From: an uncultured Candidatus Binatia bacterium
GTDB taxonomy: Bacteria; Desulfobacterota; Binatia; UBA9968; JAJDTQ01
Direction: 5' to 3'
NCBI GenBank assembly: GCA_965242525.1
Contig: OZ251459.1
Location: 3,353,515 to 3,417,514, forward strand
DNA length: 64,000 nucleotides
The notes below the pieces were generated by a model that was not told the DNA's origin, did no database searches, and was given only the letters and a program-made list of their open reading frames with translations. Made by a program: the position numbers and the translations under genes. Below, in pieces: positions 10,452-18,599 of this stretch. Numbering within the stretch: the first letter of the stretch is position 1; each line of letters starts with the position of its first letter.

Positions 10452-10607
10452 CCGAAATTGAGATACCTCTTCCTCCGCCGATCGTACAACGAGAAATCGT
10501 AGAAGAGATAGAGAGGTGCCAAAAAGTTATAGACGAGGCATTAGAATTGGTAACGCAGATGAACAGCAAAATAGAGACAACCCTAACGCGAGTGTGGGAA
10601 TCATAGT
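10439..10607 (+). pseudogene. Frameshifted conserved C-terminal segment of HsdS (LAEIEIPLPPPIVQREIVEEIERCQKVIDEALELVTQMNSKIETTLTRVWES). An A5 tract at 10439-10443 separates the two frames.
   Basis: Frame 2 downstream of the TAG at 10449 encodes the canonical HsdS 'IPLPPLxEQ' conserved region. One extra A in the A5 run would fuse it in frame, giving ...STIQGVTKKRLAEIEIPLPP... Confidence 0.6.
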
Positions 10608-10610
10608 TTT

Positions 10611-12278
10611 ATGAGAGAGAATCAAATGTATTGGGATATTCCGCAAATTGTCGGCGAGCCGCTGCATATACCTATCACTGGCGGCGACCGGATTTTCATC
10701 GTAGGTCCCAACGGTTCGGGAAAATCAGCGTTGATTCAGCACTTTGTCTCGTTACATGGGTCTCAGAATCAGCCTCAGGAAATCCAACGTATTGCAGCGC
10801 ATAGGCAGACATGGCTTACTTCGGGAAGCATTGATGTTACACCGAAGAAACGCAGACAGTTTGATGAAATCTTTAAGACATATGAAACCGATCCTGCCTC
10901 ACGATGGATGGATAGGAGTCCGCACGAGAGACAGTCAGCGGTGCTCTTTGATTTGGTTGCGCAAGAGAATGATCGAGCCCGTCGCATTACTCGTCAAGTT
11001 GACGATGGAAAGGAGTGTGAAGCGAAACGAATCGCTGCTAGAACAACATCTCCTTTCGCTCGACTCAACGATCTATTACAATGTGGAATGTTGACAATCA
11101 CACTTGAAGATTCGCTTGGGGAAGAGATACTGGCTCGGCATCGAGGTACGGAAACCTCCTTCAGCATGGCGCAGATGTCGGATGGGGAACGAAATGCTGC
11201 TATTATTGCCGCTAATGTATTGACTGTGAAACCTGATACTATATTGTTAATCGATGAACCGGAGCGGCATTTGCACAGGTCGATTATTGAGCCTTTTCTT
11301 TCTGCCGTGTTTGAACAACGACAAGACTGTGCGTTCATCATTTCGACACATGAGCTCGCCCTGCCGATTGCCAATCCAAGAGCACAAGTTCTTATGGTTC
11401 GATCATGTAGATGGGGGGCGGATACTGCAGAAGCGTGGGATGCGCAACTTCTCAAAGCAAGTCCGGAACTACCGGAAGATCTGAAACGCTTGATCCTGGG
11501 TGCTCGAAGGAGAATTTTGTTTGTCGAGGGCACCTCAGGCAGCTTAGACCTACCACTTTATACTACTCTATTCCCGAAGGTCTCCGTGGTGTCGCAGGGG
11601 AGTTGTACTGATCTCCTAAGGGCCGTAAAAGGCTTGCGAGAGACTACAAACCTGCATCACGTCGAGGCATTTGGTCTTATTGACCGGGATAACCGCGGAG
11701 AGGATGAGGTTAAACAATTGTTTGATAATGGAGTGTTTGCTCTCGAAGTGTACTCAGTGGAAGCGCTTTACTATTCTCTGGACGCTATTGAAGCGGTGGC
11801 TCGTTGGCAAGCGAATTCATTCAGGTGCAGCGCCGATGAGATGATCGCGTCTGTGAAAGAGGAAGCATTGCGTGTCTTGGAGGAAAGCGATTTGGCAGAA
11901 AGAATGGCAGCACGACGAAGTGCCGGTCGGATACATGCTGAATTATTGTCACAAATGCCTGATTGGAAATACATCAGAGACCATAGGGGTAGCAGATTCA
12001 AAGTTTCCGTGGAGTCTCCGTACTCAGAGGAACTGGAGCATTTTCGCAAACTTGTTGCCGAAAAGAGATTGGATGAACTCGTCGCACGCTATCCGTTACG
12101 CGAGAGTCGTCTATTCAATACCATTGCCAACGCTTTGAAGTGTCGTTACAGAAGTGACTACGAGCAGATGGTGCTTTCCCGGCTTAGAGACGCCGAGAAT
12201 CTGGCTCAGAAGCTGAAACAACGCGTCGGCCCTCTCGCGACGGAGCTTGAGCGGGCTACCTCCCGGGAAGCAGGCTGA
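10611..12278 (+). CDS. ABC-type ATPase fused to a DUF4435/TOPRIM-like domain: an OLD-family or fused AriA-AriB (PARIS)-like defence protein.
   Basis: Walker A GPNGSGKS, signature-like MSDGER, Walker B/H ILLIDEPERHLH. C-terminal half has TOPRIM-type acidic motifs ILFVEGTSGSLD and FGLIDRDNRGEDE. About 44% GC against a ~69% background, and begins four nucleotides after the hsdS end. Confidence 0.65.
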   Translation: MRENQMYWDIPQIVGEPLHIPITGGDRIFIVGPNGSGKSALIQHFVSLHGSQNQPQEIQRIAAHRQTWLTSGSIDVTPKKRRQFDEIFKTYETDPASRWMDRSPHERQSAVLFDLVAQENDRARRITRQVDDGKECEAKRIAARTTSPFARLNDLLQCGMLTITLEDSLGEEILARHRGTETSFSMAQMSDGERNAAIIAANVLTVKPDTILLIDEPERHLHRSIIEPFLSAVFEQRQDCAFIISTHELALPIANPRAQVLMVRSCRWGADTAEAWDAQLLKASPELPEDLKRLILGARRRILFVEGTSGSLDLPLYTTLFPKVSVVSQGSCTDLLRAVKGLRETTNLHHVEAFGLIDRDNRGEDEVKQLFDNGVFALEVYSVEALYYSLDAIEAVARWQANSFRCSADEMIASVKEEALRVLEESDLAERMAARRSAGRIHAELLSQMPDWKYIRDHRGSRFKVSVESPYSEELEHFRKLVAEKRLDELVARYPLRESRLFNTIANALKCRYRSDYEQMVLSRLRDAENLAQKLKQRVGPLATELERATSREAG

Positions 12279-12368
12279 ATCAATGGGCTCTTCCGGCTTT
12301 CGTGTGGGTAGGGATAGGGAGGAAAGGGGGGGTGAGACAGGGTAGAGGGAGCGGCAAGGGAGGGAGCA

Positions 12369-12650
12369 ATGCGCTACGTCGCGCTCATCCACGGTGGTGA
12401 CGGTTCCGGTTTCGGCATCAGCTTCCCCGACTTTCCCGGATATGCGTCGGATGGCGACACCGTGGAGGAAGCCTTCCACCGCGGCGCCGAGGCGCTGGCC
12501 TTTCACATCGAGGGCATGATCGAGGACGGAGAAACCATCCCGGAACCGCTCGGCGTCCAGGAGGTCAGGGCCGATCCGAGCCTTGCGGAATGGCGGGAGG
12601 GCGCGGACGTGGCCTTCGTTCCTCTCGTCCTCGACAAGGGTTCCCCGTGA
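12369..12650 (+). CDS. HicB-family (UPF0150) antitoxin-like protein; an orphan copy.
   Basis: MRYVALIHGGDGSGFGISFPDFPGYASDGDTVEEAFHRGAEALAFHIE is the HicB N-terminal RNase-H-like fold signature. Confidence 0.6.
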   Translation: MRYVALIHGGDGSGFGISFPDFPGYASDGDTVEEAFHRGAEALAFHIEGMIEDGETIPEPLGVQEVRADPSLAEWREGADVAFVPLVLDKGSP

Positions 12651-12712
12651 CGTGTCCGCGTCTCTCTGGATTACGGTTCGCTGCAGGCCATCCACAAAGG
12701 GCACTCATGGCC

Positions 12713-12901
12713 TCATTTGAGTACTTCCACCCCAAGGTCCCTGCATATCTTCTTCGCTAGGATGTCCTTTATCTCGGAATGCCGTGGAATCGCGGAACGC
12801 TTGTTCAAAGCAGGGTTGTGCCACCACGAATGCTTGCGGCCTTCCCGCAGGAGGTCACACCCCCGGCTTCGTAGATACTGCAAGAGTTCGTTTCTCTTCA
12901 C
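12713..12901 (-). CDS. hicA: HicA mRNA interferase toxin, 62 aa.
   Basis: MKRNELLQYLRSRGCDLLREGRKHSWWHNP...IPRHSEIKD matches the HicA dsRBD-like architecture (conserved G..H, P.H). Confidence 0.7.
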   Translation of the reverse strand: MKRNELLQYLRSRGCDLLREGRKHSWWHNPALNKRSAIPRHSEIKDILAKKICRDLGVEVLK

Positions 12902-13110
12902 AGGGTGACGGTTTCTTCCCTGAAGTCACTTCCCGCCGCCTTCAGGGCATCCCGCCGGTTGAATTCCAGTGCTTCCCGGAGCGTTACCGCCAAGGTGTCC
13001 ATCAACTCTTCATGGGTCCTTTCCTGGCAGTTCACTCCGGGCACTTCTTCGATCCATCCCAGCCACCAGTCGCCTTCCTGCTTGACGACGGCGGTATATT
13101 CCTTTTCCAT
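12898..13110 (-). CDS. hicB: HicB antitoxin; overlaps the hicA start by 4 nt.
   Basis: MEKEYTAVVKQEGDWWLGWIEEVPGVNCQERTHEELMDTLAVTLREALEF is HicB/UPF0150. The upstream in-frame Met at 13218 lacks an RBS. Confidence 0.6.
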   Translation of the reverse strand: MEKEYTAVVKQEGDWWLGWIEEVPGVNCQERTHEELMDTLAVTLREALEFNRRDALKAAGSDFREETVTL

Positions 13111-13263
13111 GGTGGTTGCCTCCGTACCAGGCCCCGTGATGCGGTCGGCTGCGCCGAAGCGGGTTTTCAGGTGCTGCCGGTCTGAGGGTTCAAGTCTATA
13201 CTGTCGGTCCGGGATCATGCAACGTCGCTGTCGTTCTGCCTATTTCACGACACGCTCCCGCAC

Positions 13264-14652
13264 TCACCTGAGCACGCTCATCACCGCACGTGCGTCCACC
13301 ACGTGGACGCCGGCGCGGGTGCGCGGAGCAGCGCCTCCCGGGACGAACAGCGCATGGCAGACTTCGGCGTTCCCGACATGGGGCAGGTTTCGGAGGGCGG
13401 CAAGGGCGCCGGCTCCGGACGGGGCGGCCGGCTTCACGGACCACTTGACTTCGCCCACCAGCAGCCGCCGGCCGTCCACCGAGAACGCGACGACGTCCAG
13501 TTCCGGCTCATGGCCCCGCCAGTACCTTTGCGCGGGCTCCCACGGGCCGAGTTCCGCCAGCCTGGTATCGGAGCGGTGCAGCAGGGGTACGGCCATGCGG
13601 CACAACTCTTCCCAGGCCAGGGACTCCAGGCCGGGGCAGTGCCGGTTCCAGTAGCGCAACCGCGTCTCCCGAGGCGCCGCGGCAAGGGCGGCCCGGTGGG
13701 GGGCGACCACCCGGAACCACAGCCGGAGAAAGGGGTCGTCGATCCGGTAGAGGCTTCGCTTGCCCGACTTCGGGTCGCTCCCGAAGGGCGTCTCGCGGCG
13801 CACGAACCCCATCTCCATCAGGGACGCCAGGGGCTTCGACAAGCCGGATGCGGGTTTGCCCAGACGGCTTGCGACCTCGCTGACCCGATGCGCGCCGTTG
13901 CCGATGACGTCCAGCACCGGGCGTAACGCAGTAGCCGGGGGCGTTTCCTCCCGCAGCAACCGGTCGGGCTCTCCATGCAGCGGTCCTGCAGGGTCGAGGA
14001 CCAGGGCGTCCACCGCAGCGTCGCAATCGTCTCCGAAGGGTTCGGCCAGCTCCCAATAGCGGGGCATCCCGCCCCACAGCGCATACGCGGAGACCAGGGC
14101 GCGGAGGTCGTCGAAGGGAAAGACCCGGGCAAGGTGTCCCGGTTGCAGCGGGCGCACGGCAAAGGCTTCCGCGGCCCGGCCGTACAGGGGCGCGGCGGCG
14201 TCGAGGATGGCGCTGCGCATCATGTGCTGGCTCGACCCGCAGACCACCAGCTTCAGCCGACGCTCCGGGCGGTCCAGCCAGTTCTGCAGGACGCCGGCCA
14301 GAGCAGGGTCCGCGTCGAGGAGGTAGGGCAGTTCGTCGAGTACGAACGGCCCCTGCCAGCCGGCCCGCTGGGCCTCCGCGTCGAGCCGCGTCAGGAACGA
14401 GCGCCAGTCCGGGTATTCGACGTCGGCAAAGCCGGGGAACCGTTCGGCGACCGCTCCGGCCAGGTAGCGCCGCTGCACCGGAGGCGCGGACTGGTCGGCC
14501 ACCGCGTAGAGGCCGTCGTGACGCCGGGTCCACTCGATGAGCAGGCGTGACTTGCCGACCCTGCGGCGCCCCCGGACGACGGCGAAGGCCCCGGGCCGCA
14601 AGAGCACGCGGTCCAGTCGGCGCATCTCTTCCGCGCGGTCGAGGAACTGCAT
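13264..14652 (-). CDS. Archaeal-type AAA+ ATPase with a DUF234 C-terminal domain (an 'ATP-binding protein' common in defence islands).
   Basis: MQFLDRAEEMRRLDRVLL...VVRGRRRVGKSRLL (Walker A); DUF234-like C-terminus. The true ATG is at 14652; the track's 14745 start is a high-GC extension. Confidence 0.6.
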   Translation of the reverse strand: MQFLDRAEEMRRLDRVLLRPGAFAVVRGRRRVGKSRLLIEWTRRHDGLYAVADQSAPPVQRRYLAGAVAERFPGFADVEYPDWRSFLTRLDAEAQRAGWQGPFVLDELPYLLDADPALAGVLQNWLDRPERRLKLVVCGSSQHMMRSAILDAAAPLYGRAAEAFAVRPLQPGHLARVFPFDDLRALVSAYALWGGMPRYWELAEPFGDDCDAAVDALVLDPAGPLHGEPDRLLREETPPATALRPVLDVIGNGAHRVSEVASRLGKPASGLSKPLASLMEMGFVRRETPFGSDPKSGKRSLYRIDDPFLRLWFRVVAPHRAALAAAPRETRLRYWNRHCPGLESLAWEELCRMAVPLLHRSDTRLAELGPWEPAQRYWRGHEPELDVVAFSVDGRRLLVGEVKWSVKPAAPSGAGALAALRNLPHVGNAEVCHALFVPGGAAPRTRAGVHVVDARAVMSVLR

Positions 14653-14791
14653 GGAACTATTATGTGGGTCGGTATTATGCCTGTCAACATAACCTCTGGA
14701 TACGCGCCGGCGGCAGCGAACTCCGCTCGACTTGGGGATTGACACGCCGCCGCCTCATCGCCTACCTTTGTCGCCGAACGCCAATCGTCCC

Positions 14792-14842
14792 CGTTCGTCC
14801 TGAGCGTAGCGAAGCGAAGTCGAAGGACGCGCTTCCCCGCGG
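14792..14842. repeat. RepA dispersed repeat, about 45 bp (CCCCGTTCGTCCTGAGCGTAGCGAAGCGAAGTCGAAGGACGCGC).
   Basis: Near-identical copies at 18641-18680, 18863-18901 (inverted), 19170-19212, 44726-44815 (two copies), 46142-46190 (inverted) and 55381-55430 (inverted). Confidence 0.85.
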
Positions 14843-14901
14843 GGAGAGGGAGTTCGAGCCGGAATCGACCAGACGTCCCCAAACCCACGAGAGGCGCCGT
14901 T

Positions 14902-16164
14902 GTGACCACACCCGACACTCCCCTGGAACCGGAAAAGCAGTCCGCTCCGCCGGACCCGGAGAAGCAGCCTGCGATGGTGCGCGTGGACTCCTACGCGGAG
15001 TGGCGCAACCGGGAGGGGGTCCCGCTGGTGGGCGGGATCTACATCGAGGACATGAAGGCGGTGGAGGTGGGGCCGTGGCCGCGCAAGGGCGACGGGGTCA
15101 AGGGCGCGCTGTGCTACCTGGACGGCGACAACGGCGGCGACGAGCACATCGTCGAGCTGGCGCCCGGGGGCTACACCGCGCCGTTGCGGCACATGTACAC
15201 CGAGGCCATCTACGTGGTGTCGGGCCACGGCTCGTGCTCGGTGTGGCGCGAGGGCGGGGAGAAACAGACCTTCGAGTGGGGGCCGGGAAGCTATTTCGTT
15301 CCGCCCACCAACGCCTGGCACCAGTTCTTCAACGCCAGCCTGTCGCAGCCCGCGCGCTGGTTCTCCGTCACCGACCTGCCCCAGCTCCTGCGCCAGTGGG
15401 CCAGCGAGGACTTCATCTTCCACAACCCCTACGACTTCGACGACCGCTACCGGGGCGAGCCCGACTACTTCAGCGCCGAGGCCAAGCTCTACCGCGGCCG
15501 GGTGTGGGAGACCAACTTCATCCCGGACATCCGCAAGCTGCCCCTCTACGAGTGGAAGAGCCGAGGGGGCGGCGGAACCAACGCGTTCATGGTGATGGGC
15601 GCCGGGATGATGGAGTCGCACGTGTCCCGCTTCGAGTCGGGCTACTACAAGAAGTCCCACCGCCACGGCCCCGGAGCGCACCTCTACATCATCGAAGGCG
15701 AAGGCTACGTGCTCGCCCAGCGGGGCGACGAGCCGCGCATCCGCTGCGACTGGAAGGAGGGGAGCCTCTACCTCTCCGGCGCGGGCCAGGGCCTGTGGCT
15801 GCACCAGCACTTCAACGTGGGCGCGACCCCGGCCACCTACCTGGTGATGAACCAGGGCCTGTCGCGCAAGTACGCGGTGAACCGCTGGCAGGCCCAGGAA
15901 TCCACGGTGCTCCGCACCGGCGAGGTGAGCGGCAAGAAGGGCGGCTACCAGGTGGAGTACGAAGACGAGGACCCGGAGGTCCACCGGATCTTCGAGGAAG
16001 AGCTGCGGCGGCGCGGGCTTGCCTGCAAGATGAAGAACATGGTGCCTTGGTGCACGGGCGAGTCCGGGGCGGAGGCGGTCAAGGTCTTCTTCCCGGACGA
16101 GCACGGGAACCTGCCGGGCGAGCATGGCGTCCTCCCGGACGAGGAGGGGAGCTTCGTCGATTGA
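14902..16164 (+). CDS. Bicupin (two cupin domains), gentisate/quercetin-dioxygenase-like.
   Basis: Two cupin motif sets: RHMYTE...PGSYFVPPTNAWHQFFN and HRHGPGAHLYIIEGEGY...GLWLHQHFN. Confidence 0.55.
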   Translation: MTTPDTPLEPEKQSAPPDPEKQPAMVRVDSYAEWRNREGVPLVGGIYIEDMKAVEVGPWPRKGDGVKGALCYLDGDNGGDEHIVELAPGGYTAPLRHMYTEAIYVVSGHGSCSVWREGGEKQTFEWGPGSYFVPPTNAWHQFFNASLSQPARWFSVTDLPQLLRQWASEDFIFHNPYDFDDRYRGEPDYFSAEAKLYRGRVWETNFIPDIRKLPLYEWKSRGGGGTNAFMVMGAGMMESHVSRFESGYYKKSHRHGPGAHLYIIEGEGYVLAQRGDEPRIRCDWKEGSLYLSGAGQGLWLHQHFNVGATPATYLVMNQGLSRKYAVNRWQAQESTVLRTGEVSGKKGGYQVEYEDEDPEVHRIFEEELRRRGLACKMKNMVPWCTGESGAEAVKVFFPDEHGNLPGEHGVLPDEEGSFVD

Positions 16165-16174
16165 CGGGCCGGCC

Positions 16175-17689
16175 ATGCACGACATCGCGGACGAACACGA
16201 CCACGACGGACCTTCCCCCGATGACGAGGAAGGACACCCCCTGTGGAAGCTCGACACCATCACCCTCACCAGCGTCGGCATCGACGTGGGCACGGCGACC
16301 TCCCAGATCCTGTTCTCGCGTCTGGTGCTGCGGCGGATGGGACGGGAGTTGTCCAGCCGCTTCGTGGTCACGGACCGGGAGACCCTCTACCTCTCCCCCA
16401 TACGCTTCACCCCCTACACCCCGGACCGTGAACGCATCGACGACGCGGCCCTGGGCCGTCTCGTGGACGCCGCCTACGGGGAGGCCGGCCTCACCCCGGA
16501 CCACGTGGACACCGGAGCCATCATCCTCACGGGCGAAGCCATCCGCCGGGACAACGCCCGGGCCATTGCCGACCTCTTCGCCGAGCAGCGGGGAGACTTC
16601 GTCTGCGCCACCGCGGGCCACAACTTCGAAGCGTTGCTGGCCGCCCACGGGTCCGGCGCAGTGGCCTGTTCCGCGGAACGGGGATGCCGCGTCCTCAACA
16701 TCGACATCGGCGGCGGCACCACCAAGCTGGCCCTGGCCGAGGCCGGGCGGGTGCTCGGCGCCGCGGCCTTCCACGTGGGCGGGCGGCTGCTCGCCACCGA
16801 CGGCGACGGGACCATCACCGTGCTGGAGCCGGGGGGCAGGACCCTCGCCCGGCGCGCGGGGCTGGACTGGAACGTGGGCGACCGGGCCGACCCCGACGAC
16901 GTCCGGCGGCTGGCCGGCCACATGGCGGACGCGGTCCTGGCCCTCGCCCGGGACGGCGGCGACGCCACGCCCGACCTGGAGCCGCTCTGGCTGACCCCGC
17001 CCCTGGATGGCGGCGGCCAATGCGACGCGGTGGTCTTCTCCGGCGGGGTGGGCGAGTACGTCTATGGCCGGGAGCGCGAGTCCTACGGCGACCTGGGGGC
17101 GCCGCTGGGCAAGGCGTTGCGGCAACGCATGGACCACGGCGCGTTGCCGGGAAGCCTGGTGGCCGCCCGCGAATGCATCCGGGCCACGGTCATGGGCGCG
17201 GCCCAGCACACCGTGCAGGTGTCCGGCAACACCATCCACCGCTCGGACGACTCGCTGTTGCCGCGCAAGAACCTCCAGGTCCTGCGTCCGCAGGTGGACC
17301 TGGAAGGCGACATCGACCCCGAAGCCATGGGCCGGACCGTCCGGGACCACTTCCGCGCCTTCGACCTGGTGGAGGGCGAGGCCGAGGCGGCGCTGGTCTT
17401 CGCGTGGCAGGGACCGCCCGCAGCCGCCCGCCTCGCAGCGTTCTGCCGCGGCCTGCTGGCGGGCCTGCCGGCCACCGTGGAGCGGAGACGCCCCCTCTAC
17501 CTGGTGTTCGACCACGACATGGCCGGCCTCGTGGGCACGGTGCTGAAGCAGGATTTCGGCATCGAGGCCCCCGTCCTGGCCCTGGACGGGGTCACCCTCC
17601 GGGACTTCGACTTCATCGACCTGGGCAGGGTGCTGGAGCCTTCGGGCGCCGTCCCCGTCACCATCAAGTCGCTGGTGTTCCGGTTCTAG
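16175..17689 (+). CDS. EutA-like ASKHA-fold ATPase (ethanolamine ammonia-lyase reactivase family).
   Basis: LTSVGIDVGTATSQILFSRLVL parallels the EutA N-terminal phosphate-1 motif (SVGIDIGTTTTQVIFSRLEL); a second nucleotide-binding block is NIDIGGGTTKLAL. ATG at 16175 is 11 nt after the bicupin stop. Confidence 0.6.
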   Translation: MHDIADEHDHDGPSPDDEEGHPLWKLDTITLTSVGIDVGTATSQILFSRLVLRRMGRELSSRFVVTDRETLYLSPIRFTPYTPDRERIDDAALGRLVDAAYGEAGLTPDHVDTGAIILTGEAIRRDNARAIADLFAEQRGDFVCATAGHNFEALLAAHGSGAVACSAERGCRVLNIDIGGGTTKLALAEAGRVLGAAAFHVGGRLLATDGDGTITVLEPGGRTLARRAGLDWNVGDRADPDDVRRLAGHMADAVLALARDGGDATPDLEPLWLTPPLDGGGQCDAVVFSGGVGEYVYGRERESYGDLGAPLGKALRQRMDHGALPGSLVAARECIRATVMGAAQHTVQVSGNTIHRSDDSLLPRKNLQVLRPQVDLEGDIDPEAMGRTVRDHFRAFDLVEGEAEAALVFAWQGPPAAARLAAFCRGLLAGLPATVERRRPLYLVFDHDMAGLVGTVLKQDFGIEAPVLALDGVTLRDFDFIDLGRVLEPSGAVPVTIKSLVFRF

Positions 17690-17810
17690 GCCCATATCCC
17701 TTCTCGAAGAGAATCTTGCATCTCCGATCCCCTCTTCGAAGGAGGTTCCGTATCTCAGCGCCAACGGACAGACGGCTGAACGTGGCGGGCCGAGAGCGGG
17801 AGTGAAGACG

Positions 17811-18572
17811 ATGGGAATCCTTGTGGAAAAGACCGGCCGTGCGGCCTCCCTGGTCATCGACCGGCCGCCCCTGAACGTGCTCGACTTGGCCTTGCTGCGG
17901 GAACTGCGGCAGGCCCTCGACGAGGTGGAGCGGGACGACGGGGTGGACCTCGTGACCATGAGGGGCGCGGGCGAACGCGCGTTCTCGGCCGGCGTGGACG
18001 TGAAGGACCACACCCGCGCCCAGGTCCCCGAGATGCTCGACCTGGTGCACGGCGTCGTACGGAAGCTCTTGAGCCTCCCTCAGCCCACGGTTGCGGTGGT
18101 GGACGGCCTCTGCCTGGGCGGAGGCTGCGAGCTGGCTTCGTCCTGCGACCTGGTCCTTGCCAGCGAAGAGAGCGTGTTCGCCACGCCCGAGATCACGGTG
18201 GGCTGCTTCCCGCCGGTGGCGCTGGCCCGGTTCTCCTCGCAGGTGGGGTATCACCGGGCCGCGGAGATGATACTCACGGGCCGCCGCCTGTCGGCCCATG
18301 AAGCCGCGTCCATGGGGCTGGTGAACCGCGTGGCGCCGCGAGACCGGCTGCCCCGGGCGCTGGCGGAGCTCCAAGACGACCTCCTGGACAAGAGCCAAGC
18401 GGTGCTGCGCATCACCCTCAAGGGCCTGCGGGAGACCGGCCTCGAGGGTCTCTCCGCGGCCTTGGCGCGTTCCGAACGGATCTACCTGGAAGAGTTGCTG
18501 GAGACCGAAGACGTGGAGGAAGGCGTCCGCGCCTTCGTGGAGAAGCGCAAGCCCAAGTGGCGGCACCGTTGA
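17811..18572 (+). CDS. Enoyl-CoA hydratase/isomerase (crotonase) family protein.
   Basis: Crotonase fold motifs AFSAGVDVK and VAVVDGLCLGGGCELA. ATG at 17811 is preceded by a GGGAG RBS; the GTG at 17802 is a less likely start. Confidence 0.75.
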   Translation: MGILVEKTGRAASLVIDRPPLNVLDLALLRELRQALDEVERDDGVDLVTMRGAGERAFSAGVDVKDHTRAQVPEMLDLVHGVVRKLLSLPQPTVAVVDGLCLGGGCELASSCDLVLASEESVFATPEITVGCFPPVALARFSSQVGYHRAAEMILTGRRLSAHEAASMGLVNRVAPRDRLPRALAELQDDLLDKSQAVLRITLKGLRETGLEGLSAALARSERIYLEELLETEDVEEGVRAFVEKRKPKWRHR

Positions 18573-18599
18573 GGAACCCCCGGACATGGAGGGCTGATT

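Noticed and set aside
10744-11094. Internal ORFs within the ATPase-TOPRIM gene (10744..11094 +, 10994..11533 -, 11254..11484 +).
   Set aside because: AT-rich DNA gives few stops in some frames; these lie entirely inside a gene with Walker motifs in the main frame.
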